Below, in pieces: positions 29,411-37,312 of a DNA stretch of 50,432 nt. The DNA lies in NCBI GenBank assembly GCA_027003115.1, contig JALWYS010000127.1, forward strand, positions 1-50,432. The letters run 5' to 3'. Source of the DNA: Deltaproteobacteria bacterium. Its GTDB lineage: Bacteria > Desulfobacterota > Dissulfuribacteria > Dissulfuribacterales > QOAL01. The position numbers and the translations under genes were made by a program. Below the pieces are notes generated by a model that worked only from the letters and a program-made list of their open reading frames with translations, searched no databases and had not been told where the DNA came from. How positions within the stretch are numbered: the stretch's first letter is position 1; each line of letters starts with the position of its first letter.

Positions 29411-30697
29411 TTAAGCAGCGTGACGTGCACGGAATTCCTTGATGTCTCGCTTCCAGCCACCCTCGACCTCTTCCTCGCGCCAGAAGACGTAGGGGTTGGA
29501 CCTCGGCTCTTTGACCATCTGCGGGATGGGCTTGAGCTCTGCCCTGCGGAGAAACTCCTGGAGGCTCTGACGCTGAATGAGCTCACCGAAACGCTCCCTG
29601 TTCTTTCCTTCCTCCATCCACCAATCCCATATCTTGTCCACAAATTCCTTGAACTCGTCATAGGGTGGCTCCATACGAATGAATGGGATGGCCAGGGTAG
29701 ATAGCTGGGCACCATCAAGAATCGGGGCCTTAGCACCTACCAGGATGGTTGCACCGGTGTCCGTGCCAGGACGAAGTGCCTCGGGCATTACATTTATACA
29801 GTGCATACAGCGTGTGCACTCTCGATTATCGATCTTGAGCTCGTCCCCTTCCATCCACATGCACTTGGTGGGACAAAGATCAATGACCTCTTTCTGTATA
29901 TCAAATGGACCCCAGTCACGATCCGCATGAGCGCCGCCGTTAGGCTTGATCTCACCACCCATATAGGCCTTTACCGCCTCCTGGTCGATGCGGATATCGT
30001 CTCGCCATGTTCCTATAATAGAACAATCACAACGAGCAATAGCTGCAACACAATCATTGGGACAGCCAGAGACCTTAAACTTGAATTTGTAAGGAAATGC
30101 TGGCCTGTGAAGTTCGTCCTGATAGGTCTGGGTCAGATCGTAGCAAATTGCCTGTGTATCGAGGCACGACCACTCACAGCGTGCCTTTCCGATGCAGCAG
30201 GACGGCGTACGCAGATTTGATCCTGAGCCACCAAGATCTACTCCCATCTGGTAGGTAAGATCAAAGAAAACGGGCTCAAGCTGATCGGTACTTGTTCCAA
30301 GAAGTATCATGTCACCGGTGGAGCCATGGAGGTTGGTCATTCCGCTTCCACGGTGATCCCACATTTCACAAATTTTCCTCAGATATGCTGTACTGTAGAA
30401 CTTGGATGCGGGCTGGTTTACACGCATTGTATGAAAGTGTGCAATCGAAGGAAACTTATCCGGCACATCGGAATAACGACCTATAACGCCTCCGCCGTAT
30501 CCAAAAACCCCCACGATGCCGCCGTGCTTCCAGTGGGTTTCTTTATGTACATAGGAAAGCTCCAACTGCCCGAGAAGGTCCAAGCACGACTGCTTGCCCT
30601 TCAAACCTTTTTGTTCAATGTCATCTACAAAACTTGGCCATGGCCCCTTCTTGAGGTCATCGCACATGGGTGTGTCATGCTTTTTGACATCAGCCAT
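29411..30697 (-). CDS. dsrA: Dissimilatory sulfite reductase alpha subunit
   Basis: GPWPSFV, siroheme/cluster Cys motifs CIGKARC ... CPNDC, and ferredoxin insert CTRCMHCINVMP. AAGGAGGGAG precedes the ATG. Confidence 0.95.
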   Translation of the reverse strand: MADVKKHDTPMCDDLKKGPWPSFVDDIEQKGLKGKQSCLDLLGQLELSYVHKETHWKHGGIVGVFGYGGGVIGRYSDVPDKFPSIAHFHTMRVNQPASKFYSTAYLRKICEMWDHRGSGMTNLHGSTGDMILLGTSTDQLEPVFFDLTYQMGVDLGGSGSNLRTPSCCIGKARCEWSCLDTQAICYDLTQTYQDELHRPAFPYKFKFKVSGCPNDCVAAIARCDCSIIGTWRDDIRIDQEAVKAYMGGEIKPNGGAHADRDWGPFDIQKEVIDLCPTKCMWMEGDELKIDNRECTRCMHCINVMPEALRPGTDTGATILVGAKAPILDGAQLSTLAIPFIRMEPPYDEFKEFVDKIWDWWMEEGKNRERFGELIQRQSLQEFLRRAELKPIPQMVKEPRSNPYVFWREEEVEGGWKRDIKEFRARHAA

Positions 30698-30811
30698 TTA
30701 AATCTCCCTCCTTAGGTATTTTTTCAAAACTGCTCTATGCCTTCCGCCAGATAAACCCCCCAAAAAATAAATGAGGATTCATTCGGCCGAATCTTCCAGT
30801 GCGTGAAAACT

Positions 30812-30856
30812 TTTATAATATTGTTCTACATCCCTTGTCAAGCCCAAATTGACAAG
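30812..30856 (-). promoter_or_regulatory. dsrABD promoter candidate with a palindrome over the -35 box
   Basis: On the minus strand, TTGACA (30836-30841) is followed by a 17/18-nt spacer and TTATAA/TATAAA (30812-30818). CTTGTCAA-gcccaaa-TTGACAAG is a perfect 8-bp inverted repeat at 30834-30856. Confidence 0.45.
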
Positions 30857-31000
30857 AATCAGGCCGTTTCGACAAAAAAGAGAAACTATTCACTTTTAGG
30901 AATTACCCTTTATTTCAGTGAGTTATCCAACGAATGCCTCGCAGCAGGGCCAAAAGGATAAATGAACTTTCATTCATTTTCATTCGGATAGGCATATGAT

Positions 31001-31627
31001 TTATGAATCACCAATCATTGGAGCCAGTATCTCGCTCACCGGCCTTCCCAAAAAGAAATCGAGATCGACACTCGAGATAGAAAAACCCCTTATTACTGCC
31101 CTGCGAAACTCGAGATCTTTGTCAATCAATACCTTCAGCCTGTTAACGATACTTGACTTGCCAGTTGCCAGATCAGCGGCGGCTGCACAAAGCTGTTCCA
31201 AACCAAATAACGTTTCATAGCGGTCAATAAGGGTGTAAAGAATTGAACCGTCGGGTATAAGATGCCTCCTTGTAAGAAGGTCCTTCATAAAAACCCCTTC
31301 GAGCTCTGACGTGTCCCAACACTTTAGAAGCCTGCATTCAAGTGGCCGCCAGCTGTAAACAGTGCATGAATTTTTATCCTTATCATAAAACATGCATGCT
31401 CCTATTTTTTCTTGGCCTCGTATCTTAATAAGTTCCTTTTTGAGGAAAACTATCCGCTTCCCTCTGGGGTCATAGGCAGGCTCTCCGCTCCTAAAGGTAA
31501 TTAGATGGGAAGGCTTCAGTCTTCCGGTTACCACAAGATTCCTGTCTTCAATATGAAGTGCAGGGCCACCGGCCACGCAACACTTTCCGCACCTCTTGCA
31601 TTCTTTCTGGGTTACATTATGGTGCAT
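31001..31627 (-). CDS. YkgJ-family (UPF0153) cysteine-cluster protein
   Basis: CKRCGKCCVAGGPAL ... ACMFYDKDKNSCTVYSWRPLECRLLKC, the CxxCxxCC ... C..C.(I/V)Y..RP..C pattern. Confidence 0.75.
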   Translation of the reverse strand: MHHNVTQKECKRCGKCCVAGGPALHIEDRNLVVTGRLKPSHLITFRSGEPAYDPRGKRIVFLKKELIKIRGQEKIGACMFYDKDKNSCTVYSWRPLECRLLKCWDTSELEGVFMKDLLTRRHLIPDGSILYTLIDRYETLFGLEQLCAAAADLATGKSSIVNRLKVLIDKDLEFRRAVIRGFSISSVDLDFFLGRPVSEILAPMIGDS

Positions 31628-31664
31628 GTGGGTTCAAATTCATAGAATTTCAAAATCTTAAACC

Positions 31665-32207
31665 ATGGAAAAAGAACTACGACAACTTTTCTACCAGATC
31701 GATAACGCAGTTAAGACGATATCATCCCGGTTTCCCGAGGAATTTAAATGCAGGAAGGGATGTTCCGACTGCTGCAACGCTGCCTTTGATATTTCCCTGG
31801 CTGAGGCCCGCCTTCTAAAGAAAAACTTTCTGATACTTGGGCGCAAGACCAGGAAACAGATACTCAAGAGGGCAAAGGCTGCACAAAAAATATGGGAAGA
31901 AACAATTGTCAAACGGCCTGAAAATATCTCCACCACCAGGATACCCTGTCCCCTTTTAGGCAAGGACGAGGAATGCCTGCTATACGAGGTCAGACCAGTC
32001 AATTGCAGGACCTACGGGGTTCCAACAGAAATAAATGGAAGCGGGCACGTGTGTTCGTTTTCCGGATTCCAATCTGGCAAAAGTTATCCAACAATAAGAT
32101 TGAACATTATACAAGACGAACTCCTGAAAATAAGCAGGCAAGTAGACCCGCAACTTGCTGAAAAAAGATGGCCCATCTCAGCCATTCTTCTTGGAGAAAT
32201 AAAATAG
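31665..32207 (+). CDS. YkgJ-family (UPF0153) cysteine-cluster protein, divergent paralog
   Basis: CRKGCSDCCNAAFDISLAEA ... CPLLGKDEECLLYEVRPVNCRTYG. Its start lies only 37 nt from the start of the paralog on the other strand. Confidence 0.7.
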   Translation: MEKELRQLFYQIDNAVKTISSRFPEEFKCRKGCSDCCNAAFDISLAEARLLKKNFLILGRKTRKQILKRAKAAQKIWEETIVKRPENISTTRIPCPLLGKDEECLLYEVRPVNCRTYGVPTEINGSGHVCSFSGFQSGKSYPTIRLNIIQDELLKISRQVDPQLAEKRWPISAILLGEIK

Positions 32208-32208
32208 C

Positions 32209-33939
32209 CTAAGATTTAGCCGCCAGCCTTTCCTCCAAAACGGCTATACCTTCTTTCAAAATGTCTGCCCGTTCTCTTGCTCCCATGCCACGAAAAAGCC
32301 GCTCAGCCAGCTTGTACGCATCCAGAGCATCAGCGATCTTTCCCTCTCTTTCATAAACGTCAGCAATCCCTGCAAGAAAAAGTGCGGAGCGCTTGACATC
32401 ACTCAAATTTTCAACAAGCTCAAGGGCCCTGAAATAGTATGGCAGGGTCTTGCTATAGTCCTGGAGATGGCGGTAAATGTCTATGACCTTCTCAAGCATT
32501 ATCACTGTACTTATTGGATCATTCTTTTTCTCACAAATGGCAAGGGCACGCTGATAAGGTGCCAAGGCTGCCCTCATATTGCCACGCATGACATGAAGAT
32601 CACCCATCTTTTCACAAATATTTGCCACCTCGACGTCATATCCAGCATTATCAAAAACCGATAACACCTCCTCGAACTTGGAAAGGGCATCAAGAGACTG
32701 GCCTCTATTTTTCAGTATCTCTGCCTCCTGATAACCACGCCTTGCCTCCAATATCTCGGGTGGCTCTTTTCTTAAGCCCTTTCCCTGTGTTAGCCCAATG
32801 TCTTCCCTCATGGAAATATCATTTTTTTCATTCATGCTTTTTAAAGCCTCCTTGACTGTATCTCCGACTGTAGTGAATTTCAGGTTTCTTCCGTCAAAAA
32901 GGGAAAATTCCTCCTTGTCCTCAACCATCCTTAAAACAATATTTTTGGCCTCTCTGGCCTTTATCTTTCCAAGGGCCCAGACTGCATGCCCCCGAATTGC
33001 TGGGTCTTTTGAATCCAGAAGGTCAAACAAGACAAAAAAGGAACTTGTGCGTACTATTTTTGGATGGAGCTCACCTATTCTTCCAATTGCCCACAGTATA
33101 GCGGGTCTTGATGGCTCGTCTGCCACAAGCCCAAGGATGTGTCTTACAAAAGAGCCATAAAGGCTTGGCTGGTTACGGATGATTTCTCCAACTGTCTCTA
33201 TTGCTCCCCAGTTGGCAGCTGCGGAATCGTTTGCAGAATAAAGCAGTCGCCTGAGCAGGTCTCCCACTGTTGAGGGATCATGGTGACTCATAGCGGCTGC
33301 CACTTGGCCAAGAACCAAAACCGCCTGCCATCTCGACTCAATATCCGCCGAGTAGAGAAGCCGCTGAATCTTCCTTAATACGAGCTTATCTTCACAGGCC
33401 ATCCTGGCAAGGCTATCCACGTCTGCCCTTTTTACAAGCCTTGAGACCTCTCGCTTTGAAAAGCGCTTGCGCGTCCCATTAAGAGAAGGCGTACCAGGCC
33501 TAAGAGTGGAGGTCGGCTTTTGCGACTGCAACCCACTTTCAAACTTGGTCTTCACTTCGTCGTTTTTAAGCTCCTGAAGATCGTCCCTAAGCCTGATAAA
33601 ACTAAGCGCTCCTTTTATTCTTTTTCCCTCAGTATCATAGCCTTTTGGGAAAACCGCGTGCCTTTCAAAGTCGTACCCCTCAATTAGTGCATCCTGATAA
33701 TCATCCCCAGGCATAAGGCTCCAGGCCAGATCCCAGTCATCGTCACAAGCAAAACCTAAGGCCTCCACCATGGCTGCCCCCAGATTGTACCCTGTGACAT
33801 CGTGGGCAAATACCGCTCCACATTCACAGAGGCCAAAATCGAAATCTCCAAGCCTTTTGGGCTCTATCTGGCGAGGCCTTGGAAGCCTTTTGGAACAAAA
33901 TGGGCAAAGAGGTTCTAACAAGCCCTTACTGATAGCCAT
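32209..33939 (-). CDS. 576-aa protein: N-terminal Cys-rich (zinc-ribbon-like) domain + HEAT (PBS-lyase type) repeats + C-terminal TPRs
   Basis: N-terminal CPFCSKRL...GLCECGAVF. HEAT-like repeats are ESRWQAVLVLGQVAA, AANWGAIETVGEII, PAILWAIGRIGEL and DPAIRGHAVWALGKIK. TPR-like repeats fill the last roughly 170 aa. Confidence 0.6.
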   Translation of the reverse strand: MAISKGLLEPLCPFCSKRLPRPRQIEPKRLGDFDFGLCECGAVFAHDVTGYNLGAAMVEALGFACDDDWDLAWSLMPGDDYQDALIEGYDFERHAVFPKGYDTEGKRIKGALSFIRLRDDLQELKNDEVKTKFESGLQSQKPTSTLRPGTPSLNGTRKRFSKREVSRLVKRADVDSLARMACEDKLVLRKIQRLLYSADIESRWQAVLVLGQVAAAMSHHDPSTVGDLLRRLLYSANDSAAANWGAIETVGEIIRNQPSLYGSFVRHILGLVADEPSRPAILWAIGRIGELHPKIVRTSSFFVLFDLLDSKDPAIRGHAVWALGKIKAREAKNIVLRMVEDKEEFSLFDGRNLKFTTVGDTVKEALKSMNEKNDISMREDIGLTQGKGLRKEPPEILEARRGYQEAEILKNRGQSLDALSKFEEVLSVFDNAGYDVEVANICEKMGDLHVMRGNMRAALAPYQRALAICEKKNDPISTVIMLEKVIDIYRHLQDYSKTLPYYFRALELVENLSDVKRSALFLAGIADVYEREGKIADALDAYKLAERLFRGMGARERADILKEGIAVLEERLAAKS

Positions 33940-33948
33940 CTTTTAAGC

Positions 33949-34584
33949 TCAGGCCGCCTTTTCGTTGACCTGTTTCTCAAAATCTGGATGAACAGGATAG
34001 CCAAACTCCTTGGCCTTTTCCATCTCATCCTTAGCCCTCTTGTAATCCCCGCTGAAATAGCACGCCACTGCAAGGTTATTACGGGCCAGGCCAAAACGTG
34101 GAGACAGGCCTACCGCCTTTTCTGCAAGTTTCACTGCGCGCTCTAATTTGTCCAGCTCCACTAGCACAGAGGACAGATTGATAAGGGCGGGGACCATCTC
34201 TGGTTTTTTCTCAAGGGCCTGTTCAAAAAAATCCGCCGCCTCCTGCCACTTTCCAAGCTGCATATAGGCAGAGCCGATATTGGCCATTGCCTCAGCAGAG
34301 CCCGGATGGGCCCTCAGGGCCTCCTTGTTTTCACGGATACCATCTTCTAGTCTTCCCATCTGAAAAAACAGGGTCCCCAAATTTATCCTTACCTCGTAAG
34401 AAGTGGGATCAATTTCCAGCGCCTTTTGAAAGCTCGTTATCGCGTCATTAAGTCTGTTTGCGCGCCAGTAGGCCAAGGCGAGACGGTGATGCGCAACCAC
34501 GGAATTGGGATTCTCCTTTGTTTCCTTTTCAAGATCAGCTATAACCTGCTTTATATCACCACTTTTTATGGGGTTCTGAGCCAT
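33949..34584 (-). CDS. TPR repeat protein (211 aa)
   Basis: Five to six canonical TPRs (AYWRANRLNDAITSFQKALEIDP and similar). It ends 9 nt upstream of the 576-aa gene. Confidence 0.8.
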   Translation of the reverse strand: MAQNPIKSGDIKQVIADLEKETKENPNSVVAHHRLALAYWRANRLNDAITSFQKALEIDPTSYEVRINLGTLFFQMGRLEDGIRENKEALRAHPGSAEAMANIGSAYMQLGKWQEAADFFEQALEKKPEMVPALINLSSVLVELDKLERAVKLAEKAVGLSPRFGLARNNLAVACYFSGDYKRAKDEMEKAKEFGYPVHPDFEKQVNEKAA

Positions 34585-34675
34585 GTTTCCTCCTAAATAT
34601 GTAAAGTACGTGTTTTTTTGTGCTAAAATGAATAAACTAACATAATGTACAATAGATTAACATATAAAAAGAATC

Positions 34676-34879
34676 ATGACACCGAGTAAGAACGATAAGG
34701 CTATTGGCCTCAGATGCAAATTTTGCGGAGGAGAAGCCAAGATAACTGGCAGATGAGCAAATGCAAAGGTCTCCTGCAAGGATTGCGGGATGGAGCTGGC
34801 GGCAAGGGAATATGAACAAGAGATAGAACAAATGAAGGAAGAGCTGATCGAATCTTGTTTTAAGGCAAAAAGTAAATGA
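34676..34879 (+). pseudogene. Small zinc-ribbon ORF (67 codons) interrupted by an in-frame TGA at 34754-34756
   Basis: The translation is MTPSKNDKAIGLRCKFCGGEAKITGR-TGA-ANAKVSCKDCGMELAAREYEQEIEQMKEELIESCFKAKSK. The CxxC-x15-CxxC knuckles straddle the stop in the same frame, and a terminator follows directly. There is no clear SD. Whether it is a pseudogene, a readthrough or a Sec codon is unresolved. Confidence 0.4.
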
Positions 34880-34882
34880 AAA

Positions 34883-34905
34883 AGCGGCCCGAAGGCCGCT
34901 TTTAT
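34883..34905. terminator. Bidirectional Rho-independent terminator (small ORF on plus, dsrMKJOP on minus)
   Basis: AGCGGCC-cgaa-GGCCGCT, flanked by AAAAA upstream and TTTTATT downstream. Confidence 0.75.
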
Positions 34906-34928
34906 TAGAATCAGCCTTTCGACTTGGT

Positions 34929-36086
34929 CTAGGCAGCCTGCTGTTCTCTTACAGAAATAGCTACCTTGTAAAGTATTGTTACTATGAGAGCACCGACACC
35001 CCAGATAGCAGTGGCAATGGTGATTTCTGGAAGTGTTGGATGATATTCGGTAATCGTCTCAAAGGGGTTTGGTATAAAGCCGCCTATTACCAGTCCTACA
35101 CCCTTGTCAATCCAAGTGGCAACGAAAACAGATGCCGCAGCCACTGCAAGCCACTTTGTATTACGCCTGATAGGAGGCACAAGCAGCAGGAACACTCCAA
35201 AAAGTCCGATGACAATTGCTGCCCTCATAAACGGAACCAGCTCTCCATAGCCGTCGAGACCACGAAACAGGTAATCCAGCGTATGCATGTGGCCTGGAAC
35301 CTGGCTGTAATATGCGGTGAAGAATTCACATCCCATGAAGAACAGGTTTGTGATCATGGCGTAACAGACCGTTTTGGCAATGGTCTGAATTGCATCCATG
35401 CCCGGGTCGAACTTGGTTACCCTTCTTACAAAGAGAAGTATCATTATGAGAAGGGCGGGACCTGCGGCAAAGGCCGATGCCAGGAATCTGGGGGCCATTA
35501 TGGCGGTTAGCCAGAAGTGCCTGCCAGGAAGACCTGCGTACAAGAAGGCCGTTACGGTATGAATACTGATGGCCCAGGGAATGGAAATGTATATGAAGGG
35601 TTTTACCCAACCTGGACACGGCACTCCCTTTTTGTCTGCCAACAAGGTATTGTATCCGCAGATAATATTCAAAAGCAGATATCCGTTGAGGACTATCATG
35701 TCGTAAAAGAGCATGGAGTGAGGAGTTGGGTGAAGCAGCACGTTCAACATCCTCATGGGCTGCCCAATATCCACAATAATAAAGAGCAGGCACATAACAA
35801 CCGCTGCTATGGCAAGGAACTCTCCAAAGACAACTATTTTTGCGTACTTGGAGTAATGGTGCAAATATTTAGGAATAACCACCATGACTCCACCAGCTGC
35901 AACACCGACAAAATAGGTGAATTGGGCAATGTAGACGCCCCACGAGATATCACGGCTCATGCCAGTGATACCAAGACCTACCTTTAATTGATATAAGTAG
36001 GCCATGAAGCCTGCCCCAATAACACATAAGAGAAATATAATCCAGCCCCAATAAACTGATGATCCCTTTAATGCCTTTTCTATCAT
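34929..36086 (-). CDS. dsrP: DsrP (NrfD/PsrC-like integral membrane subunit)
   Basis: 385-aa polytopic membrane protein of about 10 TM helices, last gene of the M-K-J-O-P series. Confidence 0.88.
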   Translation of the reverse strand: MIEKALKGSSVYWGWIIFLLCVIGAGFMAYLYQLKVGLGITGMSRDISWGVYIAQFTYFVGVAAGGVMVVIPKYLHHYSKYAKIVVFGEFLAIAAVVMCLLFIIVDIGQPMRMLNVLLHPTPHSMLFYDMIVLNGYLLLNIICGYNTLLADKKGVPCPGWVKPFIYISIPWAISIHTVTAFLYAGLPGRHFWLTAIMAPRFLASAFAAGPALLIMILLFVRRVTKFDPGMDAIQTIAKTVCYAMITNLFFMGCEFFTAYYSQVPGHMHTLDYLFRGLDGYGELVPFMRAAIVIGLFGVFLLLVPPIRRNTKWLAVAAASVFVATWIDKGVGLVIGGFIPNPFETITEYHPTLPEITIATAIWGVGALIVTILYKVAISVREQQAA

Positions 36087-36098
36087 GACGCCCTCACA

Positions 36099-36917
36099 CT
36101 ATATCAGGTAAAAAACTGAAGGTTTGGTGCCAAGTTCCAATTTACGCCTTAGAGAGATTCTCTCTTTCAGTATCTTGCGCACATTGGAATTTGGATCCGC
36201 CAGGTTTCCGAAAAACATGACATCTGGTGCCACCTCCACACACCCAGGTGGCTTGCCCTCGGCAAGACGCTCCACACAGAAATTGCACTTTTCTACCACG
36301 CCCCGCATCCTAGTCGGAAAACGTTTGTTTAGCTTTCTGCCCTCAGCGATCTCCTTTTCAAGATGAACCCTTGGATCAAGCCAATTGAAACTCCTGGAAC
36401 CATAAGGGCAGGCTGCCATGCAGAAACGGCAACCAATGCAACGATGGTAGTCCTGAGCCACTATCCCGTCTGGCCGCCTAAATGTTGCCTGAACGGGACA
36501 AACCCTTACGCAAGGCGGATTGTCGCAGTGATTGCACATGAGAAGGAAGGGCATACCGTTGAGGATATGGTTGTATTCATTGTAACTGTCTGGGAATACG
36601 TGCTCATATTCGTCTTCCCATATCCACATTATCTCGTTCTTTGGATCACCCCAGTTGGGCACGTTATGGAGATGGTGACATGTATGAACAATCTTCTCTA
36701 TCTTCTCTTTGTTGAGGGCCATGACATCTATCAGCATGGCCCAGCGGACCTTTGGACCCGCATCTTTCTCGCCATGCCCCTCTTCTCCATGGCCTCCATG
36801 GGTCATTTCGGCCTCAACGGCCCCTGGCTTCAGAAGTTCAAATACACCCTTTCCTCCCAGTCCCACAAGAGTCGTGAGACCTGCGGCTTTTAAGAATTTC
36901 CTTCTATCCATGCTCAT
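36099..36917 (-). CDS. dsrO: DsrO (periplasmic Tat-exported 4Fe-4S ferredoxin-like subunit)
   Basis: Tat motif DRRKFLK. Cluster motifs CNHCDNPPCVRVCP, CIGCRFCMAACPYG and CNFCVERL. Confidence 0.9.
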   Translation of the reverse strand: MSMDRRKFLKAAGLTTLVGLGGKGVFELLKPGAVEAEMTHGGHGEEGHGEKDAGPKVRWAMLIDVMALNKEKIEKIVHTCHHLHNVPNWGDPKNEIMWIWEDEYEHVFPDSYNEYNHILNGMPFLLMCNHCDNPPCVRVCPVQATFRRPDGIVAQDYHRCIGCRFCMAACPYGSRSFNWLDPRVHLEKEIAEGRKLNKRFPTRMRGVVEKCNFCVERLAEGKPPGCVEVAPDVMFFGNLADPNSNVRKILKERISLRRKLELGTKPSVFYLI

Positions 36918-37312
36918 AGCTTGCTCCCATTTGGATCATAATGACAGTCCCAACAGTAGGGATCCACACCCGCATAGTTATGGCACTTATTACAAAACTC
37001 CTTCTTGTTGGAATGACATTTCAAACACGTATTTTGGAGGCTGATCCAGACCTTTTTACCCTCCTTGTTAACATACCACCTGTTACCGTCCCTCAGTGCC
37101 TGATCACGCCAGTTGTTCAGGAACTGCATATGGGTGGTTATCATGAACTGGGTGTCTTCCACACACTTTTTCTCTGGAAGGGCCTTTATAGCTGGTGTAT
37201 CAAGGCTCGGCTTTGGCTTAGCTGCCGGACTGCCATGATTATACAGGAAGGGAAAGAGAAAAATTCCAGCAAAGATAAGCAATCCAATTATGACCTTTCC
37301 TGAATCATACAT
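36914..37312 (-). CDS. dsrJ: DsrJ (membrane-anchored triheme cytochrome c)
   Basis: Three CxxCH sites (CLKCH, CNKCH, CWDCH), plus an upstream conserved Cys (KKCVED). The N-terminal anchor is present. It overlaps dsrO by 4 nt and dsrK by 8 nt. Confidence 0.9.
   Translation of the reverse strand: MYDSGKVIIGLLIFAGIFLFPFLYNHGSPAAKPKPSLDTPAIKALPEKKCVEDTQFMITTHMQFLNNWRDQALRDGNRWYVNKEGKKVWISLQNTCLKCHSNKKEFCNKCHNYAGVDPYCWDCHYDPNGSKL

Noticed and set aside
34637-34831. 64-aa minus-strand ORF in the TPR-dsrP gap
   Set aside because: It has a TTG start, no SD, and a Cys/Leu/Phe-rich composition. It is antisense to the zinc-ribbon reading frame, which has a much more protein-like pattern.
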